A stretch of DNA of 45,277 nt from Planktomarina sp. Its GTDB lineage: Bacteria > Pseudomonadota > Alphaproteobacteria > Rhodobacterales > Rhodobacteraceae. The notes beneath the pieces are model-generated. The model was given only the letters and a program-made list of their open reading frames with translations. It searched no databases and was not told the DNA's origin. Each line of letters begins with the position of its first letter. Within the stretch, counting starts at the first letter, position 1. The position numbers were made by a program, and so were the translations under genes. Location: the NCBI GenBank assembly GCA_031920365.1, contig JAVLEV010000002.1, positions 1 through 45,277 of the forward strand, read 5' to 3'. Shown piece by piece: positions 1 to 10,395 of the stretch.

Positions 1-153
1 ATTATAGGGTAACTATAAATATTAAGGCTACATAGTATAATCCAAAAAAAATCAGTATGCAGACAGAGCTCAGGTGTATCTGGCCAATAACACAAAAGCA
101 TACTTGAATTTTTAAATCTAACGGTTATTTTGCAAAAAAATAAAGGATTAAAA

Positions 154-1998
154 ATGACTGATTTCTCGCAAAGTTTTGAAGCTGATACTGGAAAAATTTT
201 AAATATTGTGATTAACTCACTTTATTCAGATCGAGACATTTTTCTTAGAGAACTGTTGTCAAATGCGTCAGATGCGATTCAGAAAAGAAACTTTTTAGGC
301 CAGACAAGTAAATCTATTTTAAACAATGGTGCTGACCAAATTGGAATAAGAGTAAATTCAAAGAAAAAAACTTTGGAAATTCAGGATACAGGCGTGGGTC
401 TAGATGAAGCGGATTTGGCAGCTACTTTAGGCACAATTGCAAAATCTGGTACAAGCTCCTTTCTGCAAGAAATGCAAGAAACTAGTGATGCTAAGTCCGC
501 AGCGCAAACACTAATTGGAAAATTTGGCGTTGGTTTTTACTCTGCCTTTATGATTGCTGAAAAAGTCGAGGTCATAACCAAAAAAGCTGGGACTGATGAA
601 GTTTGGGCCTGGGTCAGCGATGGGCAGACTGGCTATAATATTGATAAATCGTCTGAAGATATTCCTGTTGGTACTGTAATTAGAATGTTTTTAAAAAAAG
701 ACGCTAAAGAATACCTAGACAGAACTAAAATTCGCAGCCTTATTCAAAAATATTCAGACCATATTTCAATACCAATAAATATTGAAAATAAAGATGGCGA
801 AACAGAACAGGTCAACAGCAGCGAAGCTTTGTGGACGCGACCTCCACAAGATATAACGCTAGAAGAATATACTAAATTTTTTAATACTCAGTTTTCAACC
901 TATGATGATCCGTTCATAACGCTACACAATAAATCAGAAGGGACAGTAGAATTTACGAATTTAATGTTCATACCCAGCCAGGCACCTTTTGATCTGTTTG
1001 ACGCCGAGCGAAAATCTAAGCTAAATTTGTATATAAACCGTGTTTTTATTACCAATGATCTCGATGGAATACTACCATCTTGGTTGAGATTTATTAACGG
1101 TATTTTGGACACAACAAGTCTTGATCTAAACGTAAGCAGGGAAATGGTCCAAGACAGCCCAGTCATAAAAAAAATATCTAAGGTTTTAATAAAACGTATA
1201 TTATCTGAACTAAACAAAAAACTTAATAAAGACCCCGATGGTTATGACAAGTTTTGGGCTCAATTTGGCAAAGTACTCAAAGAAGGCCTTTATGAAGACA
1301 TTGCCAATCGTGATAAAATCGCTGGGATTATTCGTGTATTCTCTCTTAAGTACGACAAGCTAATAACCCTTAAGGACTATTCAGCCGAACTGGCAATTGG
1401 ACAAGATCAAATATTCTATTTAACATCAGAAACGCTATCACAAGCCCGCAAAAGCCCACATCTTGAAGGCTTCACTGCAAAAGGTGTTGATGTGCTCTTA
1501 ATGACCGACCCAATTGACGCTTTTTGGATGTCACAAATGGGTAAATTTGAAGATAAATCATTTACCTCAATTTCACGTGATAAATATGATTTAAGTGGAG
1601 TAGGCAAAGTAGATGATAAAAAGCCCGAAGTTCCTGAAAAGGCCTCAAACGAACTTCTTGAGCTTATAAAAAATGCACTTACTGACAAAGTAGAAGACGT
1701 AAAAATTTCTTCTGATTTAAAGGAAAGCCCAGTTAGGTTGGTGGCCGGGCAAGCTGGGTTAGACTATAACTTAGAACGGATTCTAAAGGCACAGAACCCA
1801 ACATTTGAAGCCAGTAAAAAAATATTAGAGGTTAACTTAGACCATCCGCTAATTCAAAAGATGATAAGTCTGGATATAACCCTAGCTGATAACTTGTCCC
1901 GCGTTCTATTTGAGCAGGCTCGTATAGCCGATGGAGAAATGCCGTCTGATCCATATAAATTCTCTCAAGATCTTTTTGAAATGGCACTCAAACTATAA
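154..1998 (+). CDS. htpG: Hsp90 chaperone HtpG
   Basis: LYSDRDIFLRELLSNASDA, GTIAKSGT, FGVGFYSAF, LNVSRE, LEVNLDHPLI motifs; ATG at 154 preceded by AAGGA, preferred over TTG at 130. Confidence 0.97.
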   Translation: MTDFSQSFEADTGKILNIVINSLYSDRDIFLRELLSNASDAIQKRNFLGQTSKSILNNGADQIGIRVNSKKKTLEIQDTGVGLDEADLAATLGTIAKSGTSSFLQEMQETSDAKSAAQTLIGKFGVGFYSAFMIAEKVEVITKKAGTDEVWAWVSDGQTGYNIDKSSEDIPVGTVIRMFLKKDAKEYLDRTKIRSLIQKYSDHISIPINIENKDGETEQVNSSEALWTRPPQDITLEEYTKFFNTQFSTYDDPFITLHNKSEGTVEFTNLMFIPSQAPFDLFDAERKSKLNLYINRVFITNDLDGILPSWLRFINGILDTTSLDLNVSREMVQDSPVIKKISKVLIKRILSELNKKLNKDPDGYDKFWAQFGKVLKEGLYEDIANRDKIAGIIRVFSLKYDKLITLKDYSAELAIGQDQIFYLTSETLSQARKSPHLEGFTAKGVDVLLMTDPIDAFWMSQMGKFEDKSFTSISRDKYDLSGVGKVDDKKPEVPEKASNELLELIKNALTDKVEDVKISSDLKESPVRLVAGQAGLDYNLERILKAQNPTFEASKKILEVNLDHPLIQKMISLDITLADNLSRVLFEQARIADGEMPSDPYKFSQDLFEMALKL

Positions 1999-2115
1999 CT
2001 AAGCGGCTTAATTGATATGAATCAATAAACCTTAATCTCAATTAATTTTTAAAGATGATTTAAATTAAGCCAAAGTCTAACCATAAAAAAACCAACTTCC
2101 TTAATAGGAATTATA

Positions 2116-2913
2116 ATGCAGCAAGCTCATGATTATTTGGCCGAAGCTGCAGAGTTGGGAAATATTTTGAGCCAATATCCAGAAAGTATTTTTAACCGCA
2201 TAACATTGTTTAAATCTTGGACAATTAATGATGTAATTGGGCATTTATACATGTTTGATATAGCGGCGCTTAAAACCTTGAAAAGTGCCAAAGAATTCAA
2301 GAGTTTTTATTCTCCTATTGCCAACCGTTTAGACCAAGGAAAAAGTCTTTTAGAAAGTCAGTACTCTTTCTTGGGTGACTTATCTGGAAAACGCTTACTT
2401 GAAAAGTGGCAGAAAACTAGTGGCGAGATTGCTATAGCTTACGCAAATGCAGATCCCAAAAAGCGTTTACAATGGGTGGGACCTGATATGAGCGCCATAT
2501 CAAGCATAACTGCGCGCCAAATGGAAACGTGGGCACACGGTCAAGAAGTGTTCGACGTCTTAGGCATAGTCCGCCCGGCACATGACCGTATTCGAAATAT
2601 TTGTCATCTTGGCGTCGCAACCTTTGGTTGGAGCTTTCAAAACAGACACATTCCAACACCCGAGCACGCCCCATATGTTTGTCTAACAGCACCATCAGGC
2701 AAAGTATGGGAATGGAATGATCCTAACACATCAAATTCTATAACTGGAACTGCAACCGCATTTGCAGCAGTCGTTACACAAGTAAGAAATATTGACGATA
2801 CCAATCTTAACGTCAAAGGCAAAATCTCGTATCAATGGATGAGCATAGCCCAATGCTTTGCAGGCCAACCTGAAAACCCTCCACTTAGAGGCATACGGCG
2901 GCGATCAGGGTAA
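2116..2913 (+). CDS. TIGR03084-family (MDMPI/DinB-superfamily) metal-binding protein
   Basis: WTINDVIGHL, TARQMETWAHGQEV, LTAPSGKVWEW, TQVRN, AQCFAG motifs. Confidence 0.8.
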   Translation: MQQAHDYLAEAAELGNILSQYPESIFNRITLFKSWTINDVIGHLYMFDIAALKTLKSAKEFKSFYSPIANRLDQGKSLLESQYSFLGDLSGKRLLEKWQKTSGEIAIAYANADPKKRLQWVGPDMSAISSITARQMETWAHGQEVFDVLGIVRPAHDRIRNICHLGVATFGWSFQNRHIPTPEHAPYVCLTAPSGKVWEWNDPNTSNSITGTATAFAAVVTQVRNIDDTNLNVKGKISYQWMSIAQCFAGQPENPPLRGIRRRSG

Positions 2914-3162
2914 ATCTTGAGAACAAAGATCACATACCCAATATTTTAAAAGCGTAGGGGACACTAATGTTCTTAGCAATAACAGCTGAGCTTCCCATAG
3001 GTTTTGATTATATTTTCAGAGCATTCAAATGAATTTTTTATTGTATTGATAAATAAATAGAGCCACAAGAATTACACTAAGGTATGAGAATGCAATTTCG
3101 TTATTTTATCTTAAAATATCTGAAGCTCATTAACGGTAGTTAGCATAGTAAAGAGAGAAATT

Positions 3163-3735
3163 ATGAACAAAATATTTATCATAATCATGTTGGCAGTATC
3201 ACTATCAGCCTGTGCAGAAATTTCAAAACCGATTAACTCATCATTAACCGCATTAGAAGAAAAATTTGCTGTAAATGTTAACGATGCACGGCAGGTTTTA
3301 GTACTTGCGGACCAGAAAGAACTCTACATTCCTGATGTTCGCAAAAGATCCGTCAGCCAAATCGTGTTCCCAAGAGCCATCAAAGTTGGATTAATTCTTG
3401 GCGGTAATTATTCTGAAGGTTTTATTTTCAAAGATGATCAGGTTTTAGGCCGTATCAGGATGTCCGGCGGCAATCTTGGCCCACAATTAGGTGGCCAAGA
3501 ATATAGCCAAGTTATGTATATCATGACTGAGAAAAAGTTAGATGAGCTAATGAATTCAACTCAGTTGAATCTACAAGGAACTGTTAGTTATGCAGAAAGT
3601 GGGGATAGCAAAACTACCCTTATATCAACGCAGAATGGCTTAAAAGAAATTCACACTCTTGTGTTCAACCAGACGGGCTACCTGGCTGGCATAACGCTCG
3701 ATGGTATAGTTTACACGATTATCGAAAAGTACTAA
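3163..3735 (+). CDS. SYLF/Ysc84-domain lipoprotein
   Basis: Lipobox LSAC after hydrophobic signal; VFP..IKVGLILGG..EG, GPQLGGQ, GYLAGITLDG. Confidence 0.8.
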   Translation: MNKIFIIIMLAVSLSACAEISKPINSSLTALEEKFAVNVNDARQVLVLADQKELYIPDVRKRSVSQIVFPRAIKVGLILGGNYSEGFIFKDDQVLGRIRMSGGNLGPQLGGQEYSQVMYIMTEKKLDELMNSTQLNLQGTVSYAESGDSKTTLISTQNGLKEIHTLVFNQTGYLAGITLDGIVYTIIEKY

Positions 3736-3868
3736 ATTAAAAACACAGACGCGCATACCGCGGTCCAGTAAAAGTAAGTGAGATAGTATCGGTGTGTGAG
3801 ACTATATGGGATAATACTAGAAAGCTATTTAAGACTGCTGGCCCCTTCTTTGAACACCGACCCCAATC

Positions 3869-3902
3869 ACCAACATTGATTGATTTTTAAACCAATGTTG
3901 GT
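3869..3902. promoter_or_regulatory. 10-bp inverted repeat, candidate operator
   Basis: ACCAACATTG (3869-3878), 14-nt spacer, CAATGTTGGT (3893-3902), upstream of the enolase-family gene. Confidence 0.4.
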
Positions 3903-3924
3903 TAGCCTTAAATAGAGAATATAA

Positions 3925-3948
3925 AAAAATTGGTGCAAAAATTGGTGC
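3925..3948 (+). repeat. Perfect 12-bp tandem duplication
   Basis: AAAAATTGGTGC twice, ending 4 nt before the ATG at 3953. Confidence 0.85.
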
Positions 3949-3952
3949 GTAG

Positions 3953-5077
3953 ATGTCTGAAACTGTATCACACACAAAAAGTATAAAAATTATAAGTGTT
4001 ACATCTAAAAGATTTAATATTCCATTAGCAGAGGTTTTAAGCGACGCTAAACATGGAGAACACACCCATTTTGAACTCATAACAGCTACAATAGAGCTAA
4101 GCGACGGGTCCCTAGGTACTGGCTACACCTACACTGGTGGAAGAGGTGGCAGAGCCATTTTAGCGATGATCGAACATGATCTTGCACCTTTTATCATAGG
4201 TAAAAATGGTGTGGATGTAGAGGCGATTTACCAATCAATACTAGGGCACGTGCATTATGTAGCACGAGGCGGTATCGCCTCTTTTGCAATCTCAGCTATA
4301 GATATTGCTTTGTGGGATTTACGTGGCAAACGGACGGGGCAACCACTTTGGAAAATGGCGGGTGGTACATCAAACACATGCCGCGCATACTGTGGTGGTA
4401 TTGATTTAAATTTTCCACTTCCTAAACTTATTAAGCAAACAGAAGATTACCTAAAACGTGGGTTTGACGGTATAAAAATCAAGATTGGGCAACCAAATTT
4501 AGGTGATGATTTGATCAGAGTTGCTACAATCAGAGAAGTAATTGGACCAGACATTGCCTTGATGGTAGATGCAAATTATTCGATGTCTGTCCCACAAGCT
4601 ATCGAAGCCGCCCATGCATTCAAACCATTTAATTTGTTGTGGTTTGAGGAGCCAATAATTCCTGACGACTACAAGGGTTATGGAAAAATTGCATTTGCTA
4701 CAGGAATACCACTTGCTATGGGAGAGAACCTCCATACAATCTATGAATTTGAATATGCTTGCAATGACGCTTCACTCTCGTTCATTCAGCCAGATGCATC
4801 AAATTGTGGTGGCATCACTGGCTGGCTGCAGGTGGCTCAATTAAGTAGAAAATATGGATTGCCAATATGCAGTCATGGAATGCAGGAACTTCACGTTAGC
4901 CTTGTTTCCGCCCAAACTAATGCCGGATTAATTGAGGTACATAGTTTCCCAATAGACGAATATACAGCAAGACCGTTAATAGTAAAGGATGCACGCGCAG
5001 TTGCCCCAAATGATCCTGGAACTGGTGTCACGTTTGACTGGGATAAGCTGCTCGCAGCGCATGCTGGACTTATTTAA
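3953..5077 (+). CDS. Mandelate racemase/muconate lactonizing (enolase superfamily) enzyme, probable acid-sugar dehydratase-type
   Basis: [35 protein letters not shown] motifs. Confidence 0.9.
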   Translation: MSETVSHTKSIKIISVTSKRFNIPLAEVLSDAKHGEHTHFELITATIELSDGSLGTGYTYTGGRGGRAILAMIEHDLAPFIIGKNGVDVEAIYQSILGHVHYVARGGIASFAISAIDIALWDLRGKRTGQPLWKMAGGTSNTCRAYCGGIDLNFPLPKLIKQTEDYLKRGFDGIKIKIGQPNLGDDLIRVATIREVIGPDIALMVDANYSMSVPQAIEAAHAFKPFNLLWFEEPIIPDDYKGYGKIAFATGIPLAMGENLHTIYEFEYACNDASLSFIQPDASNCGGITGWLQVAQLSRKYGLPICSHGMQELHVSLVSAQTNAGLIEVHSFPIDEYTARPLIVKDARAVAPNDPGTGVTFDWDKLLAAHAGLI

Positions 5078-5099
5078 ACTAAAAAAATTTAAGGGGCAT

Positions 5100-5621
5100 T
5101 TAGCGCCCAGTTAAGCGACCGATCCAACCCTGTGGCGTGGAAACATCAGCCTCTAGTTTCTCAGTATCATGAGGGGCTTCGTCCCCTACAATACTACTAA
5201 ATTTTTCAAAAAACTGTGTGGCCATTTTTTTAGTGAACCCATCGATGATCCGACTTCCCAGTTGGGCCAACTTACCACCTACATTTGCCTCAACTGAATA
5301 TTCTAATTTAGTCCCTCCACTGCTTGTATCAGAAAGTATAACTTTTGCCCCACCTTTGGCAAAGCCTGCTACACCACCTTGACCTTCACCAGATAATATA
5401 AGGCTTTGGTGTTCGATCATGCCAGACAAGATCACATCACCTTTGAAGGTGGCTTTAATCGGTCCAACCTTCTGCACGACAATAGCGGAAAATCCTTCGC
5501 TAGACGAGCCCGTTAACTCCCTACATCCAGGGATGCACTGTTTCAAAACATCGGCACTCAGTAAAGCGGCCCAAACCATTGCGCGATTGGCACAGATTTC
5601 TTGGCTGTCTAAAAGTTTCAC
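5100..5621 (-). CDS. coxG: CoxG-like SRPBCC accessory protein of molybdenum hydroxylases
   Basis: VWAALL..VLKQCIPGC, KVGPIKATFKG, GGKLAQLGSRIID; GTG start with AGGAG RBS. Confidence 0.88.
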   Translation of the reverse strand: MKLLDSQEICANRAMVWAALLSADVLKQCIPGCRELTGSSSEGFSAIVVQKVGPIKATFKGDVILSGMIEHQSLILSGEGQGGVAGFAKGGAKVILSDTSSGGTKLEYSVEANVGGKLAQLGSRIIDGFTKKMATQFFEKFSSIVGDEAPHDTEKLEADVSTPQGWIGRLTGR

Positions 5622-5798
5622 TAATTTCTCCTAATCATTAAATAAAATAAACAGGAATTTCAAATGCATCGCAACATATAAACATAAAAAAATTAATAAA
5701 TATGATTCAATATTTAACGCATGGGCAACATACACCGCCATAACTACTAATCATATAATATGCGATAAAAACTGCATGTATCTGTCTTTTAGATTAGT

Positions 5799-5813
5799 TT
5801 GTCTACTAGACAA
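5799..5813. promoter_or_regulatory. Palindromic candidate operator in the divergent coxG/LysR promoter
   Basis: TTGTCTA-C-TAGACAA perfect 7-1-7 palindrome; related TTGTCGAC at 5822. Confidence 0.45.
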
Positions 5814-5890
5814 TTTACAGATTGTCGACTATATATCATATATTTAGATACTTAATAGAAAATTATATTCGATTTAGTGAATGAGATGGC

Positions 5891-6847
5891 ATGGCTTATC
5901 CTAAAATAAAAATACGTGCGATGCAGGCGTTTATAGCGGTTTATGAAGAACAGTCCTTTAGCCGGGCCGCAGACCGTGAAAACACCACACAATCAGGTAT
6001 GTCGACTCAAGTGAAAGGTTTAGAACTAACGTTAGGGAGACAACTTCTTATCCGTGAACGTAAGAAATACCGACTTACACCCGAGGGCGAAATAATCTAT
6101 CGCGAAGGTCAAAAAGTACTGAGAGCTCTCATACAAACTGAGCAAAGCGTACTTGAGTTATGCAGCAGCGTTGGCGGATTAGTCCGCTTTGGTATGATTC
6201 CTTCATTAACACGGTCCGTCCTAATACCGGGGTTAGATCAGTTTAAAACTGAATTTCCAGAAGTTGAATTATCACTTTTAGAGGAATACAGCTTCTCGCT
6301 GATGCGACGTGTTTTAGACGACGAACTAGATTTTGCACTGGTTCCATCAACAGACCTCCCAAAAGGCCTTACGGGAAAATTTGTTGGCCGAGATCGTGAA
6401 ATGGTGGTTTCAAGTTCAACTATAGAAAATGGCCGTGTTCACTTAGAAGAAGTTACCCTTTCTTCTCTAGAAGGCGCACGCTTGATCGTTCCGTCTCGGT
6501 TGAATGTTAGGCGAACGCAACTTGATATACTTCTAAACAGCCATGGCATTCACCTTGCTGAGACACTCGAAATGGATGGGATGTTAGCTACTTTAGAAAT
6601 GGTGGCAGCTACTGATTGGGTAGCGGTCCTTCCATCAGCTATCTGCTATCCAGACAAAGATGGATCAGTGAGACGGCTGAACCCAATCAGCAGTCCCCCA
6701 ATTAGTTTGGATTATATACTAATTGAAAAGTCAGAAACGCCGCCACCTCGCGCAGCAAAACTTCTAGCAGATTGTTTGACGGACCACATTACTAAAATCC
6801 TTGCCGATTGGTCAAAAATTTTAAATATTAGAAATCTAGAAGCTTAG
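5891..6847 (+). CDS. LysR-family transcriptional regulator
   Basis: N-terminal HTH (SFSRAAD..TQSGMSTQVKGLE..LG..R..LTPEG) plus substrate-binding domain. Confidence 0.95.
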   Translation: MAYPKIKIRAMQAFIAVYEEQSFSRAADRENTTQSGMSTQVKGLELTLGRQLLIRERKKYRLTPEGEIIYREGQKVLRALIQTEQSVLELCSSVGGLVRFGMIPSLTRSVLIPGLDQFKTEFPEVELSLLEEYSFSLMRRVLDDELDFALVPSTDLPKGLTGKFVGRDREMVVSSSTIENGRVHLEEVTLSSLEGARLIVPSRLNVRRTQLDILLNSHGIHLAETLEMDGMLATLEMVAATDWVAVLPSAICYPDKDGSVRRLNPISSPPISLDYILIEKSETPPPRAAKLLADCLTDHITKILADWSKILNIRNLEA

Positions 6848-6917
6848 CATCTTAAAATATAATCCTAATACTGGTATTTTTATGGCACCATATGTCTATA
6901 CAAAATGGAGAAGTAAA

Positions 6918-7799
6918 ATGGTTGTTGGTGTAATTGGACTTGGAAATATGGGCCGCCCCATAGCTGAACACCTAAGCGACGTTGGCGAAAAGCTAGCGCT
7001 GTGGAATCGAACCGCCAAAAATGCCGAAGGAATTACTGGTAGTACAGTCCAAAAAACGCCTCGTGCCGTCGTTGAGACTGCTAATGTAATCATATCAGTT
7101 CTCGCTAATGACGCAGCTCTCACTTCAACTTATCATGGCCCTGGAGGCATACTCGAAGCTGATCTAACTGGTAAAACGATTATTGAACTTTGTACGACGT
7201 CACCCTCAACAGTAATTGCTTTAGAAATGGCCATTGAGGCCAAGGGTGGTTTATTTTTGGAATGCCCAGTTAGTGGCAACGTTGTACCAGCCCGCTCTGG
7301 CCAATTGATGGGGCTAGCTGGCGGCAAACAAGCGGCATTCGATAGCGCCCAGCCGCTGCTGGCTAAGTTAACCCGGCGCTTAGAGCATCTTGGGCCCATG
7401 GGTTCAGGGGCTGCAATGAAATTGGCCGTGAACCTTCCACTGATGGTTTATTGGAGCGCATTGGGTGAAGCAGTCAACCTGGCAATGGCACAGGGCATCA
7501 ACCCGTCCCAAGCTTTGGATATTTTGTCAGATAGTTCAGGTGCTATCGGAGCAGCTAAAAAGCGCATGCAACCAATGTTAAAAATGTTAGTCAACAATGA
7601 TGCCGGTGAAGTTAGTTTCAGTCTAACCAATGCAATCAAAGATATAAAGTTAATGGACAACTTAGCCAAAACTAGCGGTGGCCCTTCTGGCGTCATAAAC
7701 GCCATACTTATTAAAGCAGAGGCTGCAGCAGCTGATGGCTGGTCGGACTATGACAACTCGCTTGTTGGCCTTCACAGTCACACGAAAGAAGGCTCATGA
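6918..7799 (+). CDS. Beta-hydroxyacid dehydrogenase (3-hydroxyisobutyrate DH family)
   Basis: GVIGLGNMG, CPVSG, catalytic K in AMKLAVN; ATG at 6918 after GGAG. Confidence 0.9.
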   Translation: MVVGVIGLGNMGRPIAEHLSDVGEKLALWNRTAKNAEGITGSTVQKTPRAVVETANVIISVLANDAALTSTYHGPGGILEADLTGKTIIELCTTSPSTVIALEMAIEAKGGLFLECPVSGNVVPARSGQLMGLAGGKQAAFDSAQPLLAKLTRRLEHLGPMGSGAAMKLAVNLPLMVYWSALGEAVNLAMAQGINPSQALDILSDSSGAIGAAKKRMQPMLKMLVNNDAGEVSFSLTNAIKDIKLMDNLAKTSGGPSGVINAILIKAEAAAADGWSDYDNSLVGLHSHTKEGS

Positions 7800-8788
7800 T
7801 TAAAACTGCCTTAGTTGGGTTTGGCTGGTGGGGTAAGCACATTGCCCGCCGACTTATTGATAATCCTCATTTCGAATTGGCAGGTATAATTGAGCCAGCC
7901 ACAGTAACGCACAAAGACATAAAAAAACTTGGGCTGAAAGTCATACCGAACTATGATCTGGCAATCTCCGACCCCGAAATCCAAGCACTAATTCTTACTT
8001 CACCAAACGATTTACATGATAGCCAAGTCGCACTGGCAGCTGATGCTGGAAAACACGTTTTCTGCGAAAAGCCATTGTCGTTGTCGACTATTGGCGCAAA
8101 AGCCAGCATCAAAGCCTGCCGCGCTGCTGGTCTTGTTTTAGGTATAGGACACGAACGTCGTTTTGAACCAGCAATCATCGCCCTACGAAAAATGCTGGAC
8201 GCCGGAGAAATTGGCACCGTGATGCATACTGAGATGGCTTTTAGCCATGATAAATTAATTAGCCTTACATCCGACAGTTGGCGCACAACTAAGGCCTTTG
8301 CCCCAGCAGCAGGTATGACACAAATGGGTATTCACCTAACTGACTTGTTGATTGCATTTTATGGGCCAGTTGCGTCGTTGCACGCGATCACAGCAAACCG
8401 CAGTTTAGGATGGGAAACTGGTGACGTGGTTACGGTACAACTACAATTCAAGGCTGGTATGACTGCAACGTTACAGGCTATTTTACACACACCACATTTT
8501 ATTCGCACGCATGTGTTTGGTAGTGATATGTGGGTCGAAATTCGTAATTCGACCCATCCTGATACACCCGGTGGCGAAGCTACCATGCAACGATATCGTA
8601 ACATAGACGACGTCGAAACCGAGATTTTCGAGTGGACTGATAGCGTCACAGAAAATTTAGAAGCCTTTGCAGCCGCTATCCGTGGCGAGGCACCATACCC
8701 GTATTCAGACTTTGAACTTCTACACAATATCGAAGTACTTGACGCAATAGTACAATCTGCTGAATCAGGGCAGTCCGTAAAACTTTGA
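7796..8788 (+). CDS. Gfo/Idh/MocA-family oxidoreductase
   Basis: VGFGWWG, GKHVFCEKP, GHERRF, GIHLTD; ATGA overlap with upstream gene. Confidence 0.92.
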   Translation: MIKTALVGFGWWGKHIARRLIDNPHFELAGIIEPATVTHKDIKKLGLKVIPNYDLAISDPEIQALILTSPNDLHDSQVALAADAGKHVFCEKPLSLSTIGAKASIKACRAAGLVLGIGHERRFEPAIIALRKMLDAGEIGTVMHTEMAFSHDKLISLTSDSWRTTKAFAPAAGMTQMGIHLTDLLIAFYGPVASLHAITANRSLGWETGDVVTVQLQFKAGMTATLQAILHTPHFIRTHVFGSDMWVEIRNSTHPDTPGGEATMQRYRNIDDVETEIFEWTDSVTENLEAFAAAIRGEAPYPYSDFELLHNIEVLDAIVQSAESGQSVKL

Positions 8789-8867
8789 ATTTAGCCTATA
8801 TCAGAAATTCAGATAGTGACTATTGAAAGCTATAAATTGACCCCTAGCCTAAGCGCAGCTTAAGTTT

Positions 8868-8878
8868 GTGAAATATCA
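8868..8878 (+). promoter_or_regulatory. Candidate GntR operator, copy 1
   Basis: GTGAAATATCA before gntR; exact inverted copy at 9560-9570. Confidence 0.45.
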
Positions 8879-8889
8879 AGGGGGACAAA

Positions 8890-9543
8890 ATGTTAGCCAA
8901 TTTAAAACGGCACCGCATTTTTGATGAGCTGCGCAAAGACATTTTATCTTGTGGTTTTCAGCCTGGTGAGCAATTGCGTGAAATCACCCTTGCAGAGAAA
9001 TATGGTGTATCAAAATCACCAATCCGCGATGCTTTGCAGCGACTTGAGTTTGAAGGCTTAGTTGAAATTGCACCACGCCAGGGTCACCGCATAGCACCTA
9101 TTTCGATCAGCGATGCAAACGATATTTTGGATCTGCGCGAGACCCTGGAGGCTGCTGCCGTAAGACGCATAGCCGCAGATGCAAGTAGCTATAAACTAGG
9201 GGAATTAGATTTTTTTCGGACTGCTAACCTGTCGTCTTTAAAAGATTTTTCGCTTTATAACAATAACTTTCACTCAAAAATTAATAAGCTTTCTGGAAAC
9301 CAACGACACTCAGAAATAATGCGCAGCCTTATGGATAATTATGAGCGTTTATGCATCATATCGCTTTCGTCCAGACGTCAGGAAGCTAAAGCTATGAACG
9401 CCGCATTGGAGGACCATAACCAAATCATCGATGCGCTGCAGTCACGCGACGGAAGGCTCGCCGCCCGCTTGTCCGTTAAACATATCAAAAAATCACACGT
9501 TCAAGTCATGCGCGGACTAAAGAATAGGCCCGTTGTTGAATAG
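8890..9543 (+). CDS. GntR (FCD/FadR-type) transcriptional regulator
   Basis: PGEQLREITLAEKYGVSKSPIRDAL HTH; FCD motifs FH, SGN, EDH. Confidence 0.95.
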   Translation: MLANLKRHRIFDELRKDILSCGFQPGEQLREITLAEKYGVSKSPIRDALQRLEFEGLVEIAPRQGHRIAPISISDANDILDLRETLEAAAVRRIAADASSYKLGELDFFRTANLSSLKDFSLYNNNFHSKINKLSGNQRHSEIMRSLMDNYERLCIISLSSRRQEAKAMNAALEDHNQIIDALQSRDGRLAARLSVKHIKKSHVQVMRGLKNRPVVE

Positions 9544-9559
9544 TAGTTATACAAGATCC

Positions 9560-9570
9560 TGATATTTCAC
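9560..9570 (-). promoter_or_regulatory. Candidate GntR operator, copy 2
   Basis: TGATATTTCAC upstream of the ABC operon, reverse complement of 8868-8878. Confidence 0.45.
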
Positions 9571-9621
9571 GGTGATGATTAAACTCAATGAGTAAGAAAT
9601 TAAATTTTGAAGGCTAATGCG

Positions 9622-10395
9622 ATGCAAACCCAAGCTATTACTGAAAGTATTGTTGTCACAGGGCAGGGTGTTGGCAAGACATTTGCCGATGGATCAGTGA
9701 TTGCCCTCCAAGACGCAAATTTTGATATAAAAAGGGGGTCATTTGTTTCGCTTGTTGGTCCTTCGGGATGTGGCAAGTCTACCCTCTTGCGCCTAATATC
9801 AGGCCTTATCGCTCCAAGTACAGGGGAGATTTCGGTGCATGGAACACGGGTTTCTGGACCACGCCCAGATATTAGTATGATGTTCCAGAAAGCCACGTTG
9901 CTTGAATGGAGGACATCCATTGAGAACGTTTTATTACCAACCGAAATTGTAGGTATCCCAACCAAGGCAGACAAGAACCGCGCCTTTGACCTTCTTAAGC
10001 TCGTTGGACTAGAGGACTTTGCGTTTTCCTTTCCCGCACAGCTCTCTGGTGGAATGCAGCAACGCGTGGCACTCGCAAGGCTTTTGCAAACTGGTGCTGA
10101 TATTCTCCTTCTCGATGAACCATTTGGAGCGCTTGATGAATTCACTCGCGAACATCTCAATATGGAACTGATGCGTATAGTCGAAGAGGTAGGGGCAACC
10201 ACAGTTTTTGTGACGCACAATATCTCGGAAGCAATATTTTTAGCAGATCAAGTAGTTGTTATGACATCGCGGCCCGGCCGAATGGCTAAAATTATTAATA
10301 TTGATCTTAAGCGCCCACGCTCTTTGTCTCTTCAGACAACAGTAGCGTTCAACAAACTGGTTGATGATGTCCGCGAAACTTTAGGTGAGATGTAA
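9622..10395 (+). CDS. NitT/TauT-family ABC transporter ATP-binding protein
   Basis: GPSGCGKST, LSGGMQQR, LLLDEPFGALD, VTH; start could be TTG at 9607. Confidence 0.95.
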   Translation: MQTQAITESIVVTGQGVGKTFADGSVIALQDANFDIKRGSFVSLVGPSGCGKSTLLRLISGLIAPSTGEISVHGTRVSGPRPDISMMFQKATLLEWRTSIENVLLPTEIVGIPTKADKNRAFDLLKLVGLEDFAFSFPAQLSGGMQQRVALARLLQTGADILLLDEPFGALDEFTREHLNMELMRIVEEVGATTVFVTHNISEAIFLADQVVVMTSRPGRMAKIINIDLKRPRSLSLQTTVAFNKLVDDVRETLGEM

